DNA of 64,000 nucleotides from Eledone cirrhosa (lineage: Eukaryota). Location of the stretch: contig OZ024743.1 in assembly GCA_964016885.1 (NCBI GenBank), positions 203,422,001-203,486,000 on the forward strand. Reading direction: 5' to 3'. A program made the position numbers and the translations under genes. Positions 51,524 through 64,000 of this stretch are shown here, one piece after another. How positions within the stretch are numbered: position 1 is the first letter of the stretch; each line of letters begins with the position of its first letter. The notes below the pieces were generated by a model. The model was not told where the DNA came from and did not search any database. It was given only the letters and a program-made list of their open reading frames with translations.

Positions 51524-51856
51524 CCTTCTATTGTATTGGGATGATGATATTTTCACACCAGTTGCTTTCAGCTTTGATATCATCAAATAGACAGAAACTA
51601 AATATATTGGTGAAAATATTTTCTTTTTCTTTTCCATTCTTTTTATCGAAAGTTTATGCAATCTGCAAAAATCACATTTAAAAAAAATGTACGTGATGTA
51701 AATAATAAAATCATAAAATCACACATAACTATATACCTCTGAATTTGTAATGTATGTATGTATGTATGTATTTATGCATGTATGTATGTATGTATCTATA
51801 ATTATATATATATATATAAATCCAGGCGTACAGAATACACACACACACATACACAC

Positions 51857-51933
<77 letters not shown>

Positions 51934-52084
51934 CATCGAATCTCATAAATTATATATATTTTAATCGAACCTCATAATTCATATACCCACACCCACCCAA
52001 CTTCCACACTTACATACATATACACTCACATACACGCATATCTACATACACACAAACATTATATATATATATATATCCATATAT

Positions 52085-52115
<31 letters not shown>

Positions 52116-52122
52116 CATATAC

Positions 52123-52191
<69 letters not shown>

Positions 52192-52195
52192 TATA

Positions 52196-52373
52196 TTTCG
52201 TTTCTGAATTTGTTTAGCAAGATTCTTTAGCAGAAAACGTGTGTTGAAACCGATATTGTTATACTTTGGGAGGGGCATGTCGCCAATCAGAAACACACGC
52301 ACCATAATAATAAATTGAAGTGAAACAGCTGGTGCGTGTGTTTCTTATTGGCAACATGAACCTCCCAAAGTAT

Positions 52374-52380
<7 letters not shown>
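52196..52380. mobile_element. mini fold-back of the family 1 PLE terminus
   Basis: inverted tail and terminus 52196-52303, direct terminus 52304-52380; matches 6300-6434; (TA)n flanks. Confidence 0.85.
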
Positions 52381-52444
<64 letters not shown>

Positions 52445-52449
<5 letters not shown>

Positions 52450-53880
52450 GAATATCTAGACGATAACCACATAAGTACTATGAATAAAACACATCTAAGT
52501 CGAACTAGTATTGCACCACACACACACATCAATAGGCATACTAACAGGTGCAAACCAGCAAATAGAGTCAGACGTAGAGAGTACATATGGTATAACCCCG
52601 TGTACAATTCTTCTATTAGCACTAAGATTATCTCACAATTCTATACACTAATCAATAAACACTTTACAACTTCACATAAATACTATAAAATCTTTAACTC
52701 GCGCACCATTGGACTCTCATACTCCACTGCACCTAACATAGAACAACTAATTAGAAAACTCAACTCAGCAATACTGAATAAGTACATCCCTAATGACTCA
52801 GCGCACCAGCATAGCAACATGCAACGCACTAACACGCAACCACAACCCCACCAAACAATCCAGGATTCTACTGCAAAACATAAAAATAGTTGTAACTGCA
52901 CCAAACCAGGTACGTGCCCACTGAATAACCAGTGCCTAGCACGCAATATTGTCTACCGGTGTACAATAAATTCCGGGACCAACAAATGGTATTACGTCGG
53001 ATGTACCGCAACTTCTTTCAAGGCTCGCCTATACCAACATCGATCTTCGATCAGGCACCAGAAAATGCGCTCCGTAACAACCCTCGCCGATAAAGCCTGG
53101 CAGCTTCGGAGGAACAATCAAGCGTTCTCCCTTGATTGGCAAATTATTGCAGCTGCGCCTGCATATCAGCAAAATCATCGATTCTGCAAGTTATGCAATT
53201 TAGAGATATACTGCATTTTAACGTCGGTAAACAAACTTTTGAACAGCAAAATTGAACGTTCTCTATACTGTAACCATCGTTTGAAAACGACTTTTTCTTT
53301 TTTTATATGCATATAATGTTACCTTTTTACACCAACGTTTGCAAATTTCTGTCTTATATGTTTATACACTAGATATTGCTTTCTATAATAATAGTACTAA
53401 ACACTGTTTTTCTGGACCCCTTTAGAAATAACCTGCTACTATAATAGTCCTAATAACTTGTCTGTGACATTGTACCACTTTGACCCCTCTAACTAAATTT
53501 TGTCCGAACAACACCACTAGAAGAATCTACTTCCCAGCCAACCTTAACACGCCTCATTAAGCTAACTGCTGCCAAAACATTCTCTCTTCACAATCTCTAC
53601 TAGTCTGACAGTCTTAAACCCTAGGACTCCCTCCACCTTACTCACTTCCCTCTTCCCCTTCTCTTCCTACCTCCTTCTTTATCTTTTATCTAGTGTATAA
53701 AATATTTTCATATCATTCTAATACAAAGGTCTGATGACATGGTGTGCTGGCTTACAGTGTACTTTCGGTTTTTGATAATATTTGTGTATTATTCAAATAG
53801 CGAGGTATAGGTAACTCATACACTATAGAAACAATTGTTACCTAATAAATTCTATATATCCGCATTTCCATTTCGTAAAT
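52445..53880 (+). mobile_element. 5'-truncated Naiad-like PLE (ORF 52480-53316) with hammerhead 3' end and an inverted tail at its 5' junction
   Basis: YIWYNP, KHF..SHKYYKIFN, CNC....CPL...CL..NIVY, YYVG.T..FK.R...H, CKLC..E, CNH; inverted AGTACTTATGTGGTTA at 52464-52479. Confidence 0.88.
53727..53843 (+). ncRNA. type-I hammerhead with long stem II
   Basis: AGGT-CTGATGA-CATGGTGT...ACACTATA-GAAAC-AATT-GTT-ACCT. Confidence 0.6.
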
Positions 53881-53883
53881 TTT

Positions 53884-53944
<61 letters not shown>

Positions 53945-53961
53945 CATATATGTGCAAATAT

Positions 53962-54006
<45 letters not shown>

Positions 54007-54436
54007 GCTTTTATTCCTCTTTATCTTTGTGCTACGGGTTTAACTCACACTTTTATTGAAATTTTCTTTCTAGTCTTGCTTGAGTTTTGATAATTTCAAA
54101 CCACGCCTTAATTTGTCTGTGCTTATTTCTTATGTCGGACGAAATAAATATAGTTCTTCCTACTGTTTCTTGAAACTTTTTCATATCTAATAAATACCGC
54201 TCTTTAGATTCTGTGTTCTTATTGTTGTGAAAAGCGTCATTTGTACGAATGTTTAAAAAGTTTTAATTTCCTCTTACATGCAATAATAATTTCTACTTAA
54301 GGCAAGGAGGACCCAGTACTGTGCAACCAAGTAGTTGTACGTGACGTGTTGGTGTATGATATAGCTTTCAGTTCTACAGTATACTATAGGACAAATATAA
54401 TGACTTTAGCCGTCACTGCATATGTAAACCAATTAA

Positions 54437-54625
54437 TTGTTTCTACTTTTTTGGCACAAGGCTGGAAATTACCCCAGTGCATTACTGGTATTTTATTTTA
54501 TCGACCCCGTAAGGATGAAAGGCAAAGTTAACGTCGGCGGGATTTAAAAGTAGACTGTAAAGGGACGTAACTATGCTGGAAAGCATGGCGTCCGACTCTC
54601 TACCGATACTGCCAATCACCCGCCC
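54437..54625 (-). mobile_element. SINE family S1
   Basis: S1 body flanked by the direct repeat CATATGTAAACCAATTAAT (TSD-like). Confidence 0.8.
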
Positions 54626-54966
54626 ATATGTAAACCAATTAATATTAACTAACTAAACTGGTAGAAAGTCCACCGCTGTGGAAAATTAAGACACAAGAAT
54701 TTCAGTTAACCTTTGAAAATATATTTTTGATACTAATTACCTTAAACCTTTTGTTAACTGTATATAATATCTTGAAAGGTTTGTGTATGTGTGGGTGGAC
54801 ACTTTATAGTTAGACATTTTTAAGTGAATTTGCAATATCTAATTAAAAGCTGCATTTCACTGTACTGTTCATGGTATTACTACAGACTCAAGATTTCCTA
54901 TTTTAAAATGTATTTGGTTTCGACTCAGCGTGCTGTGGAATTTCATTTGTTATTCCTTAAAACATA

Positions 54967-55370
54967 TCTTCTTCTTCTTCTTTTTCTTCTTCTTCTTCTT
55001 CTTCTTCTTCTTCTTCTTCTTCTTCTTCTTCTTCTTCTTCTTCTTCTTCTTCTTCTTCTTCTTCTTCTTCTTCTTCTTCTTCTTCTTCTTCTTCTTCTTC
55101 TTCTTCTTCTTCTTCTTCTTCTTCTTCTTCTTCTTCTTCTTCTTCTTCTTCTTCTTCTTCTTCTTCTTCTTCTTCTTCTTCTTCTTCTTCTTCTTCTTCT
55201 CCTTCTTCTTCTTGAGAGGGTGTTAGTGGCAGAGTCTTCAAACACTCCTTCCAGCGGGTCCTGTTCATAAGCAACCGTCTCGAACTGATCCGGCTGGATC
55301 CCCCATCTGTCCAGCGATTCTTTCCTTAGACATTCTAACCGCATACCCATAGTATCGGAGCTGTGATCTC
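54967..55370 (-). mobile_element. RTE-type 3' tip with a long (GAA)n tail ((TTC)n on +, 54967-55212)
   Basis: decayed SLDRWGIQPDQFETVA..NRTRWK typical of RTE C-termini, abutting the triplet repeat. Confidence 0.5.
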
Positions 55371-55674
55371 TCAATTATGACATATATATTATATCCTTAT
55401 GCCATTGTGTAGCATGATATAATTATACCATTAATTTAATACTTACGTAATACAATGATTCTTTGTTTCGTTTCCTTATTGCTATTATCTTTCCTAAAAA
55501 AAGCAACAGTTAAATGCAACAAAGTGGGGAGCGTTAAATTATTAACGATATAAATATGAATATATATTAGTTTCCTTAAAAAAATAACTACAAATTTAAA
55601 ACAAAATAACTTTACTAGCTGCTATTCTCAGTATAACATATGTGCGCGTGTCTGTGTTTGACTATGTCAGGTAC

Positions 55675-55960
55675 ATCTATATATATAAAACTGATGTTGT
55701 CTGTGCGTGTGTCCTCATTTTTGCAAAGTCTATGCAAATCCACGTTTCTACTCACTTCAAACTTCCATTTAAATATTCCTTGCGGTCTAACGATACTAAC
55801 TGCCGCTTTTATTTTGCAATTTTCTGTTGTTAAAGAGGTCTTAGGCGCCGGTTATCGATCGCCGTCGAGCCCTTATAATATCTGCCTGTATATCTGCTGT
55901 CTGCTGTCTGCATAACGACATTCTGACGAACACGTCATTGCTGACGTATTATCTTCACTA
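55675..55960 (+). mobile_element. 5' part of a non-autonomous Helitron
   Basis: TCTATATATATAAAACT start; homologous to 30071-30290 (inverted) and 15170-15260. Confidence 0.55.
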
Positions 55961-55996
55961 CATTCACACACACACACACATATATACATATATACT

Positions 55997-56072
<76 letters not shown>

Positions 56073-56123
56073 AACATATACACATATATAAATATATGTA
56101 TACACACACACACATACACACAC

Positions 56124-56175
<52 letters not shown>

Positions 56176-56178
<3 letters not shown>

Positions 56179-58008
56179 GGAAAAATTTGAACAGGGACAA
56201 AACAGAGAGGCAGTACAACGAATGTTTATTAATTTCACGCTCTGGAGAGTGGGTGTTGGTGGAGCACGACGTTTCGGGCATAAGCCCTTCCTCAGGTGAG
56301 AAGTGTGTGGGAACAGAGTTCAAAGGGTGTGTAGGGGAGTGGTGGAGAGACATATAGCGAAAGGAAACGGTGCGAAGGAAAAAAAAAAAAATAAAGATAA
56401 AAATAAAAATAAAGCATGATCAAAATACAAGGAATGAGATAAATTTAAATATAAAGGCATGATCAAAATAAACTGAAATTAAAAGGGGGGTAAAACAGGT
56501 GGTGGAAGGGTGTGGGGTGTGTAGGGGTGGTGGCGGGTGGAGTGGGGAGAGGGAGACGGGGTGTCCGAGCGGGGAGGGCTGAAGGTGGTGTGTGTGTGTA
56601 GGTGTGCGTGTGTGTGTGTGTATGTGGAAGTAAGGGTTGGGGGAAGAACGGGGTTGCATGTTCAGGAAGAGGTGTGTGTGTGTGGGGGGGGTCGGAGTGT
56701 CTGTGCGTGTGTGGATAGAGGGGTGGGGGAGAGGAATCAGGAGGCTGAGGGTGTAAATATGTGGTGGAAAGCACGTGTGTGTGGGGTTTAAGCGTGTTGT
56801 GGGTGTAGGTGGCGTGTGGAGAAAAAAATGTTTTGGGGTGTGTGTGTGGGTGAGTTATATAGGTGATTACGTAAGAGGATGGTTGAAAAGTAGGTAAATT
56901 CCGAAGATGTTTAGTGGATTCGTTGTTGGTCAATTTCTGCGTGTGGGTATTCCATGAAACGATGGTCGGAAGAGGAGAGAAGTGGGGTGCGCGCGCAACA
57001 GGAAGTGGTCAAGCAGTGGGAGTGCTGTGTATCTGTTTGTGCTGGGAGGTGGTCAGAGGGCATAGCAGCAGTCGGTGGAATGGTAAAGGGGCGAGGATGG
57101 GTAGGTGTGAAAGTTGGAGTGAGGAGGGTGTGTGTGTGTGTATTAGTAGAGGTGTTAGTGGGATGAGTGAGTGTGGAGTGAGGGTGTGGGTGGCGCGGGG
57201 AGAGAAGGGTGTGTGTGGTTCTATGGAGGGAGTGTGGTGTACTGGTGTGTGTGTAGTTTGATGAAGAGGTGTTAGTGGGTGTTAGTATACGGGAGGTGGG
57301 GAGGGGTTGAATGCAGGTGTGAGTGGGGGTTAGTGGTGGTAGGGTGTGTAGAGTTGGTGGTTTACGAGGGTGTGTGGGTACGTGTGCGTGGGGTTGGGGG
57401 GTGTTAGTGATGTTAGTTGCGTGTGGGGTGGGTGGTGTAAGTGGGTGCGTGTGTTCGTGTGCTTGGGGTTAGGGGGTGTTAATGAGGTTAGTTGCGGGGT
57501 GGTGGGATGGAGGTGTGGAGGTGAGAGGTGTGGCGGTGAGGGTTAGTGGTGGTAGTAGGGTGTGTGTTTAGTGTGAGCGCGTGTATATATGTGCCGGTGG
57601 GTGTGTGCGTGTGATAAGGAGGGGGGAGGTGGAGAAGAGGGGAGGGATGTTAGTATGTTAGTGGGGGAAGGGTGGTCAGATGAGGGGTGGAGTGGAAGTG
57701 TTAGTATTGTTAGTTGTGGGGGGTGGGTGGGTGAAAAGGAGTGGTGTGTTAATGATGTTAGTGGGGGATAAGTGTGGGGGAGGGGGGGCGGTCGAAGGCT
57801 AAAGGAATAAGGGTGGGGAGTTCAGGCCGGGGGGAGTGTGGGTCTGTAAGATGAAGATAGTTCGTTGTTCGACCGTAAGGCGATTGGCGGTTGTTCCGTG
57901 GCACTGGAGTAGGCCACAGACTGTGAGATGGCGTGCGGAATGTCCAGGGCCACCAAAGTGGTGGGCGACGGGGGAACTGCCCCCGAGACGAATATCCCGG
58001 AGCTACTC
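56176..58008 (-). mobile_element. 5'-truncated Neptune/Penelope-type PLE: GIY-YIG C-terminus (57799-58007), 1.6-kb CA-rich 3' UTR, minimal hammerhead
   Basis: unlisted frame [35 protein letters not shown]...[21 protein letters not shown]; (TA)n on both flanks. Confidence 0.8.
56265..56298 (-). ncRNA. minimal type-I hammerhead ribozyme
   Basis: minus strand CAC-CTGAGGA-A-GGGC(TTAT)GCCC-GAAAC-GTC-GTG. Confidence 0.85.
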
Positions 58009-58031
58009 TATATATATATACATACATACAT

Positions 58032-58088
<57 letters not shown>

Positions 58089-58382
58089 TACATACACACA
58101 CACACACATATATATATATCTATCTGTGTATGTATGTATATATATATATATACAGATACATTGTAGGTTGCTTTAACCCGTCTTTTTTTTATTCAAAAAA
58201 GTTCTTGCTAATAAACATTAACCCTTTGTGCGCCATTCATCTAACTGTAGACCAACAAATACCCAAAAAAGGATGACAAGAGCGATGGCGAATGAATGTT
58301 CGAGAAAAGCAGTTTCCTCCTGCTACACCTTTTCGTAATAATACCGAACAGCGCACTCCTTCCTCCAAAAGCCGTACAAAGC

Positions 58383-58442
<60 letters not shown>

Positions 58443-58487
58443 ATATATATATATATTTTTATATATATATATATATATTTGTTATAA

Positions 58488-58800
58488 GAACAGATTAAAG
58501 TCTAAGCAAAGAATCGCTGCTTTCAACATTAACGGGATCTTCTGAAACTAAAAAATTTAATCCGTGAACGCAGAAGTAAATATTTCGAGAAACGTTGCAA
58601 CCGAAGGAAAACAGGAAGACGATATTTTGGTTCGTGAAGACGTTCCCTGGCAATGAACGGGGAAAAAACCCAGGATAATACGTCGTTATGTGGACTGAGA
58701 AGAACAATTTCATGCAAAGACAAGACCAAGTGTATGGTATAAATGGAGTCGTTAGACTAATATTCTATTTAAAATAACCGAATGATTTCCAGCCCCGGAG
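58488..58800 (-). repeat. Helitron-associated internal core repeat
   Basis: homologous to 15915-16350 and 29335-29575. Confidence 0.65.
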
Positions 58801-58849
58801 TTTAAGAATGATGTAAATAAAATTGAAAACGAAAATGACAGAGATTATT

Positions 58850-59431
58850 AAAATAGTAAAAGTAAATAGTGAAGACTTAGGCCAGTGCATACGTATGCGC
58901 CGACGTCCATGCACATACATATACATACGAACACACAAATGCATACACACACACAAACACACACACACACACACACACGCACGCACGTGAGTGTGTGTGT
59001 AATCCTTATGCATTTCTACAGTAATTTCACCAAACTTAAGACATAGGTTACTTATGTACTCCGGATGGTCATGGGCACTTTCATTTGTCCAGATATTGAT
59101 TATAGAGCCTCCCGGCAGATAACCCCCTTCAACCGCTTCCTTGGAGTCGACTGAAGCACTGCAATGCAATGCAACAAAACGTCATAACTTCTGGAGTTGG
59201 CAACCGATTTTCACAAAACTTGACACATGGGCTACGTTTGTCTTACAGATGAATGTGAACTCTCAGAATTGGCACATATTGAGTAGGGTAACCCTGGCGG
59301 CAGGAACCCACTTTTGGAAAAAGCCGATGATTTTGTAAAAGTATAGTTTTCGAAGCAGCACTGAAGTATTGACATAAATGGTATACATAACTACTCTTTA
59401 ATACCCGAGCAACGCCGGGTACCTCTGCTAG
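58850..59431 (+). mobile_element. non-autonomous Helitron (3' end clear, 5' end approximate)
   Basis: CCCGAGCAACGCCGGG hairpin followed by CTAG-T at 59428-59432. Confidence 0.55.
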
Positions 59432-59807
59432 TAACGTGATATTTCCTATTCCCATCAAACACAAATAAATAGATTTCTTTCTTCAACCACACAGTATTAG
59501 TGTTTCTTCTAACATCAACACACAAATAAATAGCCTCTTTCTTTTGCCTCACACCTTTACTATACTTCCAAATACTTTTCCTCATACCATTATTATTACT
59601 TCTTCAATCAGAACATTCTCTCTCGATTTTAGCTTTCTTCCACCCACGTCACACATGTACAAACATTAATATTGTAGACAAGCTGGTCCTGTGAACATTC
59701 CACTGTTGTAGATACTAAGACATTACTTACTCTGAATATTTATTATTTCAGCATTGTAATATTTGAATAATAAAGCAAATATTAATATGAATAATGATAA
59801 TCATTAT

Positions 59808-60123
59808 TTCAAATCCCGCTGAGGTTGACTTTGCCTTTCATCCTTACGAGGTCGATAAAATAAAGTACCAATAATACACTGGTTAATTGCTAGCCTTGTG
59901 CCTAAAGTAGAAACAATTATTTCATCATCCTAAAGGGCGGTGAATTGGCAGTATCGGTAGAGGGTCGGACGCCATGCTTTGACTCATAGAGTTATGGACC
60001 TTGCCATTCTGTGTTCAAATCCCGTCGAGGTTAACTTTGCCTTTTATCCTTACGGGGTTGATAAAATAAAGTACCAGTAATGCACTGGATAATTGCTGGC
60101 CTTGTGCCAAAAAGAAGAAATAA
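59808..60123 (+). mobile_element. two tandem SINE S1 copies (partial 59808-59918, full 59934-60123)
   Basis: S1 bodies, each followed by AATTATTTCATCATCCTAA. Confidence 0.85.
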
Positions 60124-61120
60124 TTATTTCATCATCCTAATTTACATCATTCATTTAACAGTTCCTTATGTATTGTAGTTTTAATAATAGTCTTTTATAT
60201 CTTTATCTGTTGGTATTAACTACTCTAACAAAATCATCAGTTAATTTTCTAGCCCTGGAAAATATATTATATTACTGCCCATGACTGATCTTTGCTTGTA
60301 GTAAATAACTTCCTACCATATTAAATGGTTCATTCTGTGCTTTGTTTTTATCATTAAATGAGCTAACCTAAGTGGAAACTGAATTCTTTGGAAGAGGTTT
60401 AGATTACCAGAGGAGAGTTAATTTCACTAAAGTGCATATATTAAATAATTGATGATTTAAAATGCGATTAAATATTATCAAAATCTACAGTCTTCGTCTC
60501 CTCAGCTTTGTCAATACCCCCGACACCTCTATTAACCAATATCCATACTGATAACAATACCACTTGCTGTTCTCAGTATATCACATATGTGCGTGCATAT
60601 GGGCGGGGGTGTTTTTGTGTGTGTTTCCGTATGTCCATAAGTTGCGTTTCCTCTGAATGTCTGTTTTTTCCCTCTTTCTCCAACCGTCTTCTACTTCACA
60701 TCACCGCTACTTTCCTTTCCATTCTATCCCACTCTCACTTCCTCTTACCATGGAAACCCTATCTTTTCTTACCCGTAACAATCCCTGTCACATACGTACA
60801 AGCATAATAATTATATCGATTATATACATAATACTAATGTAAATTGAATAGAAAGAGAGGGATCGACTAAACTATAATTTCAAATGTTATCGCGTACTTC
60901 TCATCAATCACTTATCCTACATTTCACTGACCACAATGAAACTGTACCTAAAGCCACTATTATTAAGAGCTTTAATAAAACAGGTATACTGATTTGAATA
61001 TTTGAGGCATTTTTGCCAGTTCGATTAACTGATGCGGTAGTAATATTTGTGATGCTATAGCATTTTGTAAGAAAAAAAACCTAAAGATCTTTGTCGCCAC
61101 TGCATTTGTAAAATAATTAA

Positions 61121-61302
61121 GTGTTTCTACTTTAGGAACACGGCCAGCTATTATCCAGTACATTACTGGTACTTTATTTTATCGACCCCGTAAGGATGAA
61201 GGGCAACGTCAACCTCGGCGGGATTTGAACTCAGATCGTAAAGGGACGTAACTATGCTGGAAAGCATGGCGTCCGACCCTCTACCGATACTGCCAATCCA
61301 CC
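61121..61302 (-). mobile_element. SINE family S1
   Basis: S1 body flanked by the direct repeat CTGCATTTGTAAAATAATTAA (TSD-like). Confidence 0.85.
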
Positions 61303-61789
61303 TGCATTTGTAAAATAATTAATATTAATTAGATACAATGGCTTTACATTTGTTTGCACAATTTCCCTGTGAACAGATAATAAGGAAGGAACTGGACTAT
61401 AATTTCAAACGTGATTACGTTCTCACTGATCGGAAACCGCCTACTCTACTTTTAGCTGATCGCTGTGAAATTGTATTCAAAGCCACTATCATTAAGCGCT
61501 TTATTAAACAGGGTACCTGGGTTTGAGTGTCTGGTGCATTCTAAGCAATTACTTCGATGAAAGAAATATGTTAGCAGTGTTATTACAATATTTGATGTGG
61601 TGATAACTTAAATTACCGAAATTAAGTGAGAGCTTGGAACGGGAATTAATACGTAGTTATTAGAAATAACAAAATATGAATTTATATGTCATTGACAGTG
61701 TGAAAAAGAAACATTGGTGATTATTTCTGGAAATGTCATAACAAGCACACAATTAGGGACAATAATATAGTATTTGACGAACCATAACG

Positions 61790-62030
61790 TTCCACGCTGT
61801 TCGATCTCAGGCGAGGTCCCATACTTCTGCGGCTTTGATGTTGAAATTGTCAAAAAATGACCCCCTTTGACAACCTCTGGCACGCTTCCCAGGAATTTTC
61901 CCGCTAATGGAAAAGTCTTCCAGCATGCCTTTCCTGATGGCATGTCCTCGGAACATTAGTTGTCTCTTTTTAATAGTAAGCAGTATCTCACGTTCCATCT
62001 GCACTCTCTTCAAAACCTCTTCATTATTTA
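61790..62030 (-). mobile_element. RTE (BovB-like) 3' fragment
   Basis: NEEVLKRV...LLTIKKRQLMFRGHAIRK..LE....GKIPGKRARG.QR. Confidence 0.75.
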
Positions 62031-62204
62031 TTCAGCCTTAATGCATATATATTCATCACCACGAACCAAGAAATGGAGACACTACAGAGTACACTACGCT
62101 TTAGCATAAAGAGGGCTTTTCGTTATAGATCTTCCCGTGTGTGTATTAAGTATATATCTTGATAAAGCACTCATATTCAATAAATGCTCTCTATTATTTA
62201 TGAG

Positions 62205-62393
62205 GGCCGGTGGATTGGCAGTATCGGTAGAGGGTCGGACACCATGCTTTGATGCATAGAGTTAGGTCCCTTGCCATTCTGAGTTCAAATCCCGCCGAGG
62301 TTAACTTTGCCTTTCATCCTTACGGGGTCGATAAAATAAAGTACCAGTAATGTACAGGTATTTGCTGGCATTGTACCAAAAGTAGAAACAATT
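62205..62393 (+). mobile_element. SINE family S1
   Basis: A and B boxes plus S1 body. Confidence 0.85.
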
Positions 62394-63005
62394 ATTTATC
62401 ACTTATCTACCGCTAAATTTCTAAGCAATAATTCCGGGATCCATAAAGCAAACTCTTTTAATTTTCTATATTGCTGGCTCAATTTGGCATATATTCAATT
62501 CTATTGTGGTTTTCATTCTCTCAATGATTTTGCAAGTTTTTGCATATTCCACATTCTGTGTTCGGGTTTAAATTGTTTTTGTTTTTGTTTTTTTTTATTG
62601 CATTTTCATTTTTTTCTCTCCTATTTTTCATCTACTTGAGAATTTCCTGGCACAAATTCTGTTGTTTTTTGCTCTGTTTCTTCCTGTGACGAAATAGGCA
62701 CACCGCTAAGTATAAATATCATGACGGTATCCCTACGAGTCTACCAGGAGCTAAGGACACAGAGATAGATGAACATTTCCACTGTTTTGTGTTTCATCAC
62801 TGTCCTATCCGAAAATGTGATGAGAACTTGTGAACCGGTAGAATCTATCGAGCGTCGGACAAAATGCCCAGTGGTGTTTGTTGCCGTGGTGGTGGTCTTT
62901 GTTGGCTATAAACCTCTTGGGACATTGTGGTTTTGGTGGTGGTGATGGTTGATGATGGTGCTGGTGCTTGTATTCATGATCTTGGTACTATTATTTGTGT
63001 CTTGG

Positions 63006-63420
63006 AGGGCGGTGGATTGGTAGTATCGGCAGAGGATCGGACGCCATGCATTGCACCATCGAGTTACGGCCCTTTATGATCTGAGTTCAAATCCCACCGA
63101 GGTTAACTTTACCTTCCATCCTTACGGGGTCGATAAAATAAAGTACCAGTAATGCACTGGGTAATTGCTGGCCATGTGCCAAAAGAAGAAACAATTATTT
63201 AGGGGGTTGGATTGGCAGTATCGGTAGAGGGTCGGACGCCATGCTTTGCAGCAAAGAGTTACGGTCCTGTATGATCTGAATTCAAATCCCGCCGTGGTTA
63301 ACTGTGCCTTTCATACTTACGGGGTCGAGAAAATAAAGTACCAGTCACGTACTAGGGTCGATGTGATCGACTTCCCCCTTCCCCCAAATTGTTGGCCTTG
63401 TACCCATAGAAGAAACCATT
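63006..63420 (+). mobile_element. two tandem SINE S1 copies (short variant 63006-63196, long variant 63202-63420)
   Basis: A and B boxes plus S1 bodies. Confidence 0.85.
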
Positions 63421-63469
63421 ATTTGTGTCTTGGTATAACTGTGTGGGTGTTGATATGCAAAATATTCGT

Positions 63470-63512
63470 ACATGCATACATACACGCACATGCACACATG
63501 CACTCTCTCTCT

Positions 63513-63547
<35 letters not shown>

Positions 63548-64000
63548 GATGGCGAGCTGTTGGTTGTGTTAGTGCACGTGTATGTATATGTGTATTTATA
63601 TTTATGCGAGCGTATATGTGTATGTGTATCCATATGAGTGTATATGTGTGTGCATGTCGTTATGTACATGTGTATGGGAACATTTTACAGATCTGTTCAT
63701 GTGCAGGTGTGTGCTTGTATATTCGTGTAAATGTATGTGTTTGTGTGTGTGTGTTTTTGTGTATATTTGAGTGTGTGTATGTGATTGCGTGTGTGTGTGT
63801 GTGTGTGCATGTGTGTCTGTGTGTAATAGCGTGTTGGTATGTGCGTGCGTGCGTTTGGGTGTGTGATTGCATCTGTGTGTGTGCGATTGCGTGTGTGATT
63901 GTATGTGTGAGTGTACCTGAGTGTGTGTGTGATTGTATGCGTGTGTGTATATGTGTGCGTGTGTATGTGTATGTGTGTGTGTGAGGGTGTGTTTGTGATT
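63470..64000. repeat. degenerate (CA)n/(GT)n low-complexity tract
   Basis: direct reading. Confidence 0.9.

Noticed and set aside
54824-55374. Poly-L, poly-F, poly-R and poly-E ORFs (also poly-R at 22883-23068)
   Set aside because: Translations of (TTC)n/(GAA)n triplet repeats.

Overview
Repeat-saturated eukaryotic DNA. The two tRNA-derived SINE families resemble those I recall from octopod cephalopods, so an octopus-like host is inferred, not proven. I can support only one host coding exon: 66 bp at 11263-11328 (+), INDARIIIGGFRENAARKVICE, resembling the ligand-binding domain of a GABA-B-type class C GPCR. The rest is probably intron. It contains Penelope-like elements (PLEs) of several lineages in (TA)n, a 13-kb cluster of R4/Dong-type RLE retrotransposons plus a bipartite RTE-derived non-autonomous element in (CATA)n, Tx1/L1 3' ends in (GATA)n, RTE, CRE and hAT fragments, non-autonomous Helitrons and a MITE with 6-bp TSDs. 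The most striking signal is about ten fold-back elements of 0.15-5 kb with one architecture: (TA)n - 60-85 nt tail - arm - turn - inverted arm lacking the tail - (TA)n. They derive from at least five PLE 3' ends, most carry type-I hammerhead motifs, the short ones usually turn around at or inside the ribozyme, and several share a TATTGAGTACYT...TGTGGTTA tail motif. Most ORFs in the supplied track are microsatellite artefacts. Coordinates were read by eye; repeat ends may be off by about 10-20 bp.
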